Both the position numbers and the translations under genes were made by a program. A DNA stretch of 64,000 nucleotides from Oscillospiraceae bacterium (lineage in GTDB: Bacteria; Bacillota; Clostridia; Oscillospirales; CAG-272), in contig SVTJ01000005.1 of assembly GCA_015063845.1 (NCBI GenBank), positions 19,454-83,453 on the forward strand, written 5' to 3'. The stretch's first letter is position 1. Each line of letters starts with the position of its first letter. A model generated the notes under the pieces. It saw only the letters and a list, made by a program, of their open reading frames with translations. It was not told the origin of the DNA and ran no database searches. This document shows positions 7,018 to 15,497 of this stretch, in pieces.

Positions 7018-7077
7018 AGGGGTACTTTCTTTCAAGAAAGTACCCCTTGCGCTTCCCTAAAAACTTTTAAAAAATAT
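7018..7077 (+). repeat. Short member of the repeat family (B-type hairpin plus conserved tail) downstream of GH31
   Basis: AGGGGTACTTTCTT-TC-AAGAAAGTACCCCT followed by TGCGCTTCCCTAAAAACTTTTAAAAAA. Compare module B plus ACTCCCTTCAAGAACTTTAAAAC. Confidence 0.8.
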
Positions 7078-7154
7078 ATAATTTGTGTTGAACAAGCGGG
7101 GAATATATGGTATAATTTTAAGTGAAGTAAAATGAGAGCTTGGAAGGAGTATAT

Positions 7155-9590
7155 ATGAAAAAAGTATATATCGACAAGGCATGGAAGCTCAAGGAAAATA
7201 GCATTGGCGAGATTGCTGCGACCGTCCCCGGGTGCGTACATACCGATCTTTTGGCGGCGAATATCATCGGCGACCCGTTCTGGAGAGATGAAAACCTAAA
7301 ATATCAGTGGATAGAGGAGAGGGATTGGGAGTACTCCACTCGTTTTGACGCCCAGACAGACAATGCGAGAGCCCTTGTTTTTGAGGGGCTTGATACCTAT
7401 GCGGAGATCTATCTTAACGGAGCTCTGCTTGGAAAAACGGAGAATATGTTTATTCCGCACAGCTTTGATATAAGAGGCGCGCTGAGAGAAAAGGACAACG
7501 AGCTCAGAGTAGTATTCCGCTCGCCGGTGAAGGCTGTTGAGGGACTACCCAAGCTCAAGGCTGCATTTACTGCCGAAAGGCTTCATTCACGCAGAGTGCA
7601 GTGCACATACGGCTGGGACTGGGTAGACCGCTTTGTGACGGCTGGCATATGGAAGCCCGTGTATCTTGCTTACGACAACGGTATTGATATAGAGAGCGTT
7701 TACGTTTATACCGACAACGCAGACAAATACGGCGCGCAGATAGTAGCCGAGATGTACTTTGAGAATATCCAAGAAGGGCAGATGGCAAGCGTGGAGATTG
7801 TTTCTCCCGACGGAGAGACGGTCGCCGGCACGCAGTTTTTTGCCGATATGGAAGAGGCAGTGCGCCGATTTGATATCGCGTCTCCCAAGCTCTGGTATCC
7901 CGCAGGCTACGGCGAACAGCCGCTCTACCGTTTTATTTTGACTGTGGGAGAGAATAGAAACGAGCACCTTTTCGGTATACGCACGCTCAAAATAGTGCAG
8001 CTGCCTGACGGCGAGGGCAGTGAGAATTACGCCAAGGCAATGGCTGCGCAAGAGACAAAAAGCGGAAAGCTTTACAGCAAAAACACAGAATTTTCGGGCT
8101 TTTTCGTGGTCGTGAACGGCGTGAGAATAAACTGCAAGGGAGCTAACTGGGTTCCTTGCGAGCCGTTTATGTCCGCAGAGAGCGACCAAAAGATAAGAAC
8201 TGTAATAAGACGCAGTGCCGATATGGGCGCGAATTTTATACGCGTTTGGGGCGGCGGAATATTTGAGCACGAGAGCTTTTACGACGAGTGCGACAAGCTC
8301 GGTATGCTCGTGGCGCAGGACTTTCTTATGGCTTGCGGAGACTACCCCGAGAAAGAGGAGTGGTTTATAGAGGAGCTTAAGAAAGAGGCGGAGTTTGCGG
8401 CAAAGTACCTCAGAAATCACACCTGCCTTGCTTGGTGGCACGGAGATAATGAGAACGCTGTAAAGGGAAGTGACACGCAAGAGGACTACGTTGGGCGCGA
8501 CAGCGCGCTCCGCGGTATTGCCCCTGCGATATATAAGCACGACCACACGCGTCAGCTCCTGCCCTCAAGCCCATACGGCGGAGAGACTTACGCCTCGGTA
8601 ACAAAGGGAACGGCGCACAACACAAACTATATCCACCTGATGTTCAGATATTTCCTTGAAAGTGATTGCAAGGATTATAAGGAGTATCTTGAAAACTATA
8701 CGGCGCGCTTTATTTCCGAAGAGCCTGTTTTCGGTGCGGTCAATCGTTCGTCAGCGCTTAAGTTTATGAGCGAGGACGACCTTTTGAGAGACGAGAGCGA
8801 GGAGATGATATACTTCCACACCAAGAGCAATCCCGGGCTTAAGACACATTTGTTCACCTCGGTCTCCGAATTTGCAAGGAAGATATTCGGCGACTTTGAG
8901 GACGGAGAGGATAAGTTCTTTAAATACAAGTACGTTCAGTATGAGTGGGTACGCACCGTGTTTGAGAATGCGCGCAGAAACCTCGGATACTGTGACGGAA
9001 TGATATTCTGGATGCTCAATGACTGCTGGCCTGCATTTGGCGGTTGGTCGTTTATAGACTACTACAATATGCCAAAGCAAGCGTTCTACGCATTCAAGCG
9101 TTGCGCGAAGGACGTTGTGGGCTCGGTGGTAAAGACCGACAAGGGCTATGAGCTGTGCATATCCAACGATACCGACAGAGCGATCTACGTAAACGTCACG
9201 GCGAGAGTGCTTGGAAGCGAGGCGCACCCCGTAAAGCTTGCGGTGGTCTCCAAGGCATACAGCGTAAAGAGAGTGACGTTGCCGTTTGAACCTTGCGAGG
9301 GTAGTGTGGTCGTATGCGATCTTGATACACCGCACATTGCGGACAGATGCTTCTATAAGGACGGTGACCTCGCACTGACACGCGCCGACAAAATGCTGTG
9401 CGTGCTGGAGCGTACCGAGAATAGTATAACGCTTAAAGCGGACGGCTATATCCACACGGTCGAGCTTGAGGGAGAGTATCTGCTTGACGATAATTGCTTC
9501 TCAATGCTCGCGGGCGAGACAAGAACTGTGAAGATTACACCCTTGTCCGCTGATATGACACTTGATATTCATGCATATACCTTAAAATAA
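7155..9590 (+). CDS. Glycoside hydrolase family 2, beta-mannosidase-like
   Basis: GGAAGGAG RBS precedes ATG 7155. The N-terminus AWKLKENSIG..VPGCVHTDLLAANIIGDPFWRDENLKYQWIEERDWEYSTRFD is typical of GH2 beta-mannosidases. WHGDNE acid/base-type motif present. Confidence 0.75.
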   Translation: MKKVYIDKAWKLKENSIGEIAATVPGCVHTDLLAANIIGDPFWRDENLKYQWIEERDWEYSTRFDAQTDNARALVFEGLDTYAEIYLNGALLGKTENMFIPHSFDIRGALREKDNELRVVFRSPVKAVEGLPKLKAAFTAERLHSRRVQCTYGWDWVDRFVTAGIWKPVYLAYDNGIDIESVYVYTDNADKYGAQIVAEMYFENIQEGQMASVEIVSPDGETVAGTQFFADMEEAVRRFDIASPKLWYPAGYGEQPLYRFILTVGENRNEHLFGIRTLKIVQLPDGEGSENYAKAMAAQETKSGKLYSKNTEFSGFFVVVNGVRINCKGANWVPCEPFMSAESDQKIRTVIRRSADMGANFIRVWGGGIFEHESFYDECDKLGMLVAQDFLMACGDYPEKEEWFIEELKKEAEFAAKYLRNHTCLAWWHGDNENAVKGSDTQEDYVGRDSALRGIAPAIYKHDHTRQLLPSSPYGGETYASVTKGTAHNTNYIHLMFRYFLESDCKDYKEYLENYTARFISEEPVFGAVNRSSALKFMSEDDLLRDESEEMIYFHTKSNPGLKTHLFTSVSEFARKIFGDFEDGEDKFFKYKYVQYEWVRTVFENARRNLGYCDGMIFWMLNDCWPAFGGWSFIDYYNMPKQAFYAFKRCAKDVVGSVVKTDKGYELCISNDTDRAIYVNVTARVLGSEAHPVKLAVVSKAYSVKRVTLPFEPCEGSVVVCDLDTPHIADRCFYKDGDLALTRADKMLCVLERTENSITLKADGYIHTVELEGEYLLDDNCFSMLAGETRTVKITPLSADMTLDIHAYTLK

Positions 9591-9853
9591 GCAGCATACG
9601 CGGAGACGCGAGGACGCGGAGACGCGAGGATGCGTTGAGGGGGACTTTCTTGAAAGAAAGTCCCCCTCAAACTCCCCCAAAGAACTTTAAAACTAAATTG
9701 TTATTGGTGTAGCCGTAAGAAAAGATATAACTTTATTGGTTTTCTTATAAGGAAAAAACTCGTCGGACGATAGATCACCGACGAGTTTTATTTTTATGGG
9801 TATTGTATATGAATGCGTAAAAATTAAATATACGAGCCCGAATGAATAATGAT

Positions 9854-10061
9854 AAATTAGGATTTGTCGGTGAGTTCGCACAGCACCCATAAGCCTCCCT
9901 CCGAGAGGGAGGGGGACCACGAAGTGGTGGAAGGAGCCAGCGTGCATACGGAGGGAAGATATAACGCTATTGTACACGCGCTCTCCCTCAGTCTCGCATT
10001 CGCTCGACAGCTCCCTCCGCAGGGAGCCTTTGCTGCAATGCGATGCCATTTGTGCACTTTC
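9854..10061 (-). repeat. Module E, second copy, inverted relative to locus 1
   Basis: The reverse complement matches 4259-4466 except for 3 substitutions. Here it lies to the left of module D rather than to the right. Confidence 0.9.
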
Positions 10062-10207
10062 AAATTAGGATTTATCGGTGTGTTGAATTACAATTCCGTA
10101 GGGGCGATTCACGAATCGCCCGCCACGAGAACATAATGCTATAAACGGGCGATTCGTGAATCGCCCCTACGATCTGTTGGATCTAACTATTCGACAAATC
10201 CTAATTT
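10062..10207. repeat. Module D (REPIN-like), second copy
   Basis: GTAG palindromes at 10097-10122 and 10146-10171. Same orientation as copy 1. Confidence 0.9.
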
Positions 10208-10221
10208 GAAGCACAAATCAA

Positions 10222-10263
10222 TTTTTACTTACTTTTCTTTTTCAAAAGAAAAGTAAGTAAAAA
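10222..10263. repeat. 42-bp perfect AT-rich palindrome
   Basis: TTTTTACTTACTTTTCTTTT-TC-AAAAGAAAAGTAAGTAAAAA. A degenerate relative occurs at about 4490-4525. Confidence 0.9.
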
Positions 10264-10264
10264 A

Positions 10265-10300
10265 GACATAACCACCGAGCTCGGTGGTTATGTCTTTTTT
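10265..10300 (-). terminator. Intrinsic terminator of the cpsCDB-type operon (bidirectional architecture)
   Basis: 30-bp perfect palindrome GACATAACCACCGAG/CTCGGTGGTTATGTC, flanked by an A-run and a T-run, immediately after the stop codon at 10299-10301. Confidence 0.85.
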
Positions 10301-11018
10301 ATTTTGTAAGGTCTATCATCTCTGCGCCACTCAACAAGTCGTTTGAGCGTGCGAGTATATTGCCGTAATGCTCTCCCAAACGCTTTTTTAACCTTGAAAA
10401 ATCCTTCAAAGAGCCTTTCTTTGAGCCGTGAAGGTCGCTTCCTATCGCGACGATGCTTTCGGAATCTGCGAGTATTTGGTTTATATGCTTTTTAGGGCCA
10501 AACGTTGACAACGCAAACGGATTTATCTGCGCAAGCGCGCCCATATCCAAAAGGGGATAGACGTATTCGGGGTGAGCCTTGAGATATCTGTCGATATGTG
10601 CAAGCACAACGACATATCCACTGTTCAATATAGCCTCGACCGTTTTGTAGTGTCCCGGGTTCATATCGTCAGAGGGAAGCTCCAAAAGAAGCGTTTTTGT
10701 TCCTCTCACGCAAAGCTCGGACAGACCCTCAAGCTGGTCGATATTTTCGCAGAGCAACACCTCAGCACCGATGCAAAGCAAAGGCGCTTTTTCAGCTCCT
10801 ACCTGCTTTAGGCGTGCGAGTGCGGCGTTGACGTTTTCCGAAAACTCCGACACGTTATGAAGGTGCGGATAAAAGTGTGGGGTCGCCACCGCGATATCCG
10901 TTCCCACCTCACGCATCATAGCAAGCTGAGCTCTGCATTCGGACGAGCTTTTGCAGCCGTGGTCTGCACGGGGGATTATATGCGAGTGGAAATCTATATT
11001 AGGTATCTTTTCTGACAT
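10299..11018 (-). CDS. cpsB: PHP-family protein-tyrosine phosphatase (CpsB/CapC type)
   Basis: N-terminal IDFHSHIIPRADHG metal-binding motif, size about 240 aa, and position downstream of the BY-kinase. Confidence 0.8.
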   Translation of the reverse strand: MSEKIPNIDFHSHIIPRADHGCKSSSECRAQLAMMREVGTDIAVATPHFYPHLHNVSEFSENVNAALARLKQVGAEKAPLLCIGAEVLLCENIDQLEGLSELCVRGTKTLLLELPSDDMNPGHYKTVEAILNSGYVVVLAHIDRYLKAHPEYVYPLLDMGALAQINPFALSTFGPKKHINQILADSESIVAIGSDLHGSKKGSLKDFSRLKKRLGEHYGNILARSNDLLSGAEMIDLTK

Positions 11019-11047
11019 AGGATCGCTCCTTAGGTCTTGAACGGAAC

Positions 11048-11776
11048 TTATTTGTCGTATCTTCTTGCGCCGTAGTAATACTTGTGCTGATAGGAATACT
11101 TGCTTGCCTTGCCCTTGAGATTTGTGCCGTTAAGAACAAGTCCCACTATCTTTGCTCCGATCTGCTCAATGCTTGCGGCAACACCGTTCACGTGCTTAGC
11201 GTCGCTCTTGTTTGTCATAGCAACGAGTATGTATCCGCTGACAAGAGAGGATATGGTAATAGGGTCAGACACAACGCCTGCGGGGGGAAGGTCGATGAAT
11301 ATGATATCGTACTCTCTCTTCCACTTTTCCATAAGCTCATAAAGGCGATTGCTTGTTATAAGCTCGGAGGGGTTGGGAGGGAGACAGCCGCTGGGGAGCA
11401 CCGAAAGGTTGGGCAGGGGAGCAACGAGAAGCTCCTTGTAGCTCTTTTCGATTCCCGAGAGCAGTTCGCTAAGACCCGCGTGATTCTTCTCGTATCCAAA
11501 GTTCTCGTGCTGAACGGGAAGACGCATATCGGCATCTATGAGCAGCACCTTTTTGTTTATCTGCGCGTAAGCGACCGCGAGATTGGAAGAGACCGTACTC
11601 TTGCCGACGCCCTCGGTTGCGGACGTTATCGCATATACTGGGCAGCCCTCACCGTCGTGGGGCATATACATAAGATTTGTTCTGAGCTGGTTAAATGATT
11701 CCTTTATCGCAAAGGGAGTGCTTTCGTTTAGCAGTTTGACTGCCGCAACTTCGTTCTTACTGTTCTTTTTGCTCAT
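11048..11776 (-). CDS. cpsD: Tyrosine-protein kinase (BY-kinase catalytic subunit, CpsD/CapB type)
   Basis: Walker A GVGKST, Walker A' LLIDADMRLP, Walker B IIFIDLPP, and a C-terminal tyrosine cluster YSYQHKYYYG. Confidence 0.85.
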   Translation of the reverse strand: MSKKNSKNEVAAVKLLNESTPFAIKESFNQLRTNLMYMPHDGEGCPVYAITSATEGVGKSTVSSNLAVAYAQINKKVLLIDADMRLPVQHENFGYEKNHAGLSELLSGIEKSYKELLVAPLPNLSVLPSGCLPPNPSELITSNRLYELMEKWKREYDIIFIDLPPAGVVSDPITISSLVSGYILVAMTNKSDAKHVNGVAASIEQIGAKIVGLVLNGTNLKGKASKYSYQHKYYYGARRYDK

Positions 11777-11777
11777 T

Positions 11778-12599
11778 TTAATTCTCCTTTGCTTTGTTAT
11801 TGCCGCTTGTGCTCTTGGAAGATGTTTCCCAGGTGGGTATCTTACCGATTATGGGAAGATCAACGAGAGCCTTTGCGCTTTCTTCACCGCGGATAACTGT
11901 GTCAAACAGCTTGAGAATGAGGAAGAATGCATAGGAGACCACCACAGCGACAACCGCCGCAATAGTCGTATTCTGAATAAGATTGGGAGAAATGGGCGTT
12001 GTTGCGAGCTTGGGAGATCTAATAACGCTTATGCATTCGAGATCGTCCTTGTCCAAAGGAGTGAACTCATCAAGGCCCGACGGAACACCGTTACCGTCAA
12101 GATCCACATAATAGCACAGATTCGACTCATATTTCGGTCTCGTAATATCCTTGACCTTCTGAGGCGCGTGCTTCTCGATAGCCTTAGCTACGCTATGAGA
12201 GAGCTCGTTATTATCGGAAGTTACCGTGACTGTGAACGTAGATACGTCCTTAGATGTCTGCGAGGATATCATAGCTCTTATTTTTGCGGGAGTAACGTTG
12301 ACGTATCCCTCAGCCTTAAGATCCTCAACTATGGTATCAAGCACGTCATCACTCTTGATTATTTCTACGTAGTCATTAGAAAGCTGTGTAGCAGCATCAA
12401 GCAGGGACGTTGAGGTGTACTCATACGTCGAGCTTGTATTGATTATGAAGAATGTAACGGAGGAAGAATACTTCTTGGGAACAAGGAATGCTGTGAACGC
12501 AGCGGCTATAAGCGCCACGACCACCGTGAAGATCAAGATCTTCCACCAAGCCGATTTTAATACCTTAAGCAGCATAGAAATGCTTATTTCGTGTGTCAT
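11778..12599 (-). CDS. cpsC: Wzz/CpsC-type chain-length regulator (transmembrane modulator of the BY-kinase)
   Basis: N- and C-terminal hydrophobic helices flank a soluble domain. The stop lies 1 nt before the kinase start codon. Confidence 0.75.
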   Translation of the reverse strand: MTHEISISMLLKVLKSAWWKILIFTVVVALIAAAFTAFLVPKKYSSSVTFFIINTSSTYEYTSTSLLDAATQLSNDYVEIIKSDDVLDTIVEDLKAEGYVNVTPAKIRAMISSQTSKDVSTFTVTVTSDNNELSHSVAKAIEKHAPQKVKDITRPKYESNLCYYVDLDGNGVPSGLDEFTPLDKDDLECISVIRSPKLATTPISPNLIQNTTIAAVVAVVVSYAFFLILKLFDTVIRGEESAKALVDLPIIGKIPTWETSSKSTSGNNKAKEN

Positions 12600-12662
12600 G
12601 TCATACGTCCTTTCGTTTTGTTTTCGAAAAGTGAGTGTAAAGACATATCTTTACCTCATCTA

Positions 12663-12691
12663 ATTATATCACAATACGTTGCCTTTGTCAA
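12663..12691 (-). promoter_or_regulatory. Sigma-A type promoter of the cpsCDB-type operon
   Basis: On the minus strand: TTGACA, 17 nt, TATAAT, with TGA immediately upstream of the -10. Confidence 0.6.
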
Positions 12692-12701
12692 GGCGTTTAT
12701 A

Positions 12702-13085
12702 TCAATGACAGTGTCCAGAGGTGAAAAAGCCCTCAAGGTCGACGGCAAATAAACCGTCCTCATTCTTTTTAAAGCCTATCATACGTAGCAGCTCCTCGTC
12801 GTCAAACTGTGCGTTGAAGGTCGCATAATGAACTCCGCAAAGGTCGATAAAATTGAGAGTGCCTCTGCCGAGCACAAAGAGAGCGTCACGGCTGTAAAAA
12901 TCTGTTGCGGGGGCGAAAGAGGAAATAACACCGCCCTTATCGGTGAGCTTGAACTGGCATATTCCCGCGATACGGTCATCGACCGATGCCGCGTAAGCGA
13001 GCATATCGGGGTCAAATTCAACTCCGCATCTTGCGCACAGCTCTTCCTGCTCTGATTTTGATTGAATGGGTAATATCTTAAGCAT
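12702..13085 (-). CDS. Hypothetical small protein (127 aa)
   Basis: GGAAAGGAA RBS precedes ATG 13085. The longer track ORF would overlap the rluB stop region. No diagnostic motif recognised. Confidence 0.5.
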   Translation of the reverse strand: MLKILPIQSKSEQEELCARCGVEFDPDMLAYAASVDDRIAGICQFKLTDKGGVISSFAPATDFYSRDALFVLGRGTLNFIDLCGVHYATFNAQFDDEELLRMIGFKKNEDGLFAVDLEGFFTSGHCH

Positions 13086-13108
13086 TTTCGGTTCCTTTCC
13101 TTGCCGTA

Positions 13109-13837
13109 TTATTTCTTGCCCAAGAGATACGCGATCTCGGAGCGGCTGAGGCGTCTGTATTTGCCCGTCGGCAAAGAGCCCAAGCGCACCTTGCCTATGG
13201 CAACACGGCAAAGTCTTGTTATTTTAAGCGACTGTGTGTCGCACATTTTTCGTATCTGTCTGTTTCTTCCCTCAAAAAGCGTCATCTCGAGCACGGTGAG
13301 CTCGGGGTCTCTCTTTTCGGGGAGGTGGACGGTGGTCTTTACGGGCATGATCCTATATCCGTCTATGACCATCTCCTTATTGAGCGCCAGCAGCTGCTGC
13401 TCGCTCACTTTTCCTTTTACCGTAACGTGATAAATCTTTGGGATATCGTGGCGAGGGTGTGTCAGGTGTTCTGCGAGTGCGCCGTCGTTGGTGAGCAGCA
13501 AAAGACCGTCCGAGTCCATATCGAGGCGACCAATGGGATACACCCTTACAGGCAGGTCGGAGACAAGCATACTGACGTTCTTTCGTCCGCGCTCATCCGA
13601 CATAGTCGTGACGTATCCGCGCGGCTTGTTGAGCATAACGCATATCTTTTCATCGCAGTAGGGAATAATGATCTTCCCGTTATACTCCACCTTATCCTTC
13701 TCGGGGTCGATGCTGTCGCCTATATGAGCGACGCTTCCGTTGACTTTTACCAAGCCCTGCCTTATTTGCTCCTCGGCAGCGCGGCGAGACATAACTCCGC
13801 AGTCGGTAAAATATTTTTGAAGTCTTACTAAAGCCAT
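13109..13837 (-). CDS. rluB: Pseudouridine synthase, RsuA/RluB family
   Basis: N-terminal S4 domain (RLQKYFTDCGVMSRRAAEEQIRQGLVKVNG) and catalytic GRLDMDSDGLLLLTNDG motif. Confidence 0.85.
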   Translation of the reverse strand: MALVRLQKYFTDCGVMSRRAAEEQIRQGLVKVNGSVAHIGDSIDPEKDKVEYNGKIIIPYCDEKICVMLNKPRGYVTTMSDERGRKNVSMLVSDLPVRVYPIGRLDMDSDGLLLLTNDGALAEHLTHPRHDIPKIYHVTVKGKVSEQQLLALNKEMVIDGYRIMPVKTTVHLPEKRDPELTVLEMTLFEGRNRQIRKMCDTQSLKITRLCRVAIGKVRLGSLPTGKYRRLSRSEIAYLLGKK

Positions 13838-13840
13838 TTT

Positions 13841-14983
13841 TCAATCCTTTTTGAAAAAGTTGATGATACTATGAAAAAATCCTCTTTTGCTCTCCCGTCG
13901 CTCGACCGTCTCTCCTATCTCCATAGGAGACGAGCATATCTCGCCTTCAAAAGCAGTCTCTGCGTAAGCAAATCTTTCTCCCTCTCTTACGGGGGCGTAC
14001 AAAAATGGGTACGTCGAATAAACTCTCACGTCGGGCGAGAGTTGAGCCTTTGGCAGGGTGAGCGCGAGCGGAGCAGTGTTTCTCAGCGTGACATTGTCCG
14101 AGTTGCCACCTGTGACGGGCATATTAACGCAAAGCTCCCCAACGTCCGCAATAATTCTTCTCTCGTAATTCTCAAACCCGTGATCGAGCATAGCGGTATG
14201 GTCGCGCCAATCGTCGGGCGCGCTTAGCGTTACAGCAATAAGAGTGAGACCGTCTCGCTCGGCTGCGCTGACAAGGCATCTTCCCGTTTTCTTTGTAAAT
14301 CCCGTCTTCACGCCTATCGCTCCGTCGTAAGTCTTTAGGAGCTTGTTGTGGTTTACAGCCAAACGTCGGTCGGGCACTCCCTCAAAGGGCAGAGTTATCT
14401 TATAGGTCGATACGATACGCCGTATACACTCCACCTCGAGAGCCGCCCTTGTTATAAGAGCGAGGTCGTAGGCGGTTGTGTAGTGCATCTCGTCGTAAAG
14501 ACCGTGAGGGTTTACGAAATTGGTATCGGACAGCCCAAGCTCGCGCGCGTAGAGATTCATCTGCTCGGCAAAAGCTTCAACGCTTCCCGAACAATACACA
14601 GCGAGAGCCACCGCGGCATCGTTTGCCGAGGACAGCAAAAGGGCATAGAGCAGCTGCTCTACCGTCAGCTTTTCTCCCTCGCAAAGGTAGACCGACGAGC
14701 CCTCAGTTCCCACAGCCTCACGCGGTATACTGACTGTGTCGGTGAGCGAGACGATACGCGTGACCGTGAGAGCGGTCATTATCTTGGTAGTGCTCGCCAT
14801 ACCCATTCTCGTCCGCGCCGCGTGCTCGTAGAGCACCTTGCCGCTGTCTGCGTCTATAAGCACCGCGCTCTTGGCGGAGACCGACAGAGATATCTGCGCA
14901 CGGCAAAAAAGCGTAGCCGTATGCGAGAGCATCACAAGAGTTACGAAAAAACCAAAGAGGCGCAAAAATATTCTTTTTTTCAT
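13841..14983 (-). CDS. dacB: D-alanyl-D-alanine carboxypeptidase (peptidase S11, DacB-like)
   Basis: Signal peptide; SxxK (ASTTK), SxN (SANDAA) and KTG (KTGFT) motifs. Synteny with scpAB and rluB matches Bacillus dacB. Confidence 0.8.
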   Translation of the reverse strand: MKKRIFLRLFGFFVTLVMLSHTATLFCRAQISLSVSAKSAVLIDADSGKVLYEHAARTRMGMASTTKIMTALTVTRIVSLTDTVSIPREAVGTEGSSVYLCEGEKLTVEQLLYALLLSSANDAAVALAVYCSGSVEAFAEQMNLYARELGLSDTNFVNPHGLYDEMHYTTAYDLALITRAALEVECIRRIVSTYKITLPFEGVPDRRLAVNHNKLLKTYDGAIGVKTGFTKKTGRCLVSAAERDGLTLIAVTLSAPDDWRDHTAMLDHGFENYERRIIADVGELCVNMPVTGGNSDNVTLRNTAPLALTLPKAQLSPDVRVYSTYPFLYAPVREGERFAYAETAFEGEICSSPMEIGETVERRESKRGFFHSIINFFKKD

Positions 14984-15055
14984 AGCTTCCCCCGTTTGTA
15001 CGAATTATCTACATACAAATATATGAGGGAAAATGGGGCATCATTCTATCGGGAA

Positions 15056-15469
15056 TTAATCCGCGTAGTCAACGTCCTTTGCGAAGATATCCTTGATCTT
15101 TGCGATGATATCGGGAGTTCTCTCAACGAGGTCGGCGATCTGGTCTACGGGATCGGGCTTGCCCTTATTGGAAACGCTGAGAAACTCAACGTCGCCGTCG
15201 GCGTCGATAACGAGGAAGCCTACGGGATGAACGGAGATACCCGTTCCGCCGCCACCGCCGAAGTTCTGAGGACGGGGCTGAGCCTCTTTCTTAGGATTGT
15301 AATCAAAGCCTGTTGCCGCAACACCCATAGATATCTTGGAGATGGGAATGATAGTCGTTCCCTGAGGGGTGTTGATAGGATCACCGATGATCTTGTTAGC
15401 GTCGAACATCGAGCGGATGTTTTCCATAGAGGAGCGAATGATCTCGGGAATTCTGTTTTCGTTAGCCAT
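15056..15469 (-). CDS. ytfJ: Sporulation protein YtfJ/GerW family
   Basis: Characteristic sequence IIGDPINTPQGTTIIPISKISMGVAATGFDY, with a glycine-rich segment and VHPVGFLVI. Confidence 0.8.
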   Translation of the reverse strand: MANENRIPEIIRSSMENIRSMFDANKIIGDPINTPQGTTIIPISKISMGVAATGFDYNPKKEAQPRPQNFGGGGGTGISVHPVGFLVIDADGDVEFLSVSNKGKPDPVDQIADLVERTPDIIAKIKDIFAKDVDYAD

Positions 15470-15497
15470 AATTTTTTCCTTTCTTTATGTGCGCAGC

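Larger units (their letters stand above)
9595..10207. repeat. Composite repeat locus 2, module order A(5 units)-B-C-E(inverted)-D
   Basis: 8-mers at 9595-9634, hairpin B at 9635-9670, terminator hairpin at 9759-9785 plus T-run, E at 9854-10061, D at 10062-10207. Confidence 0.95.
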
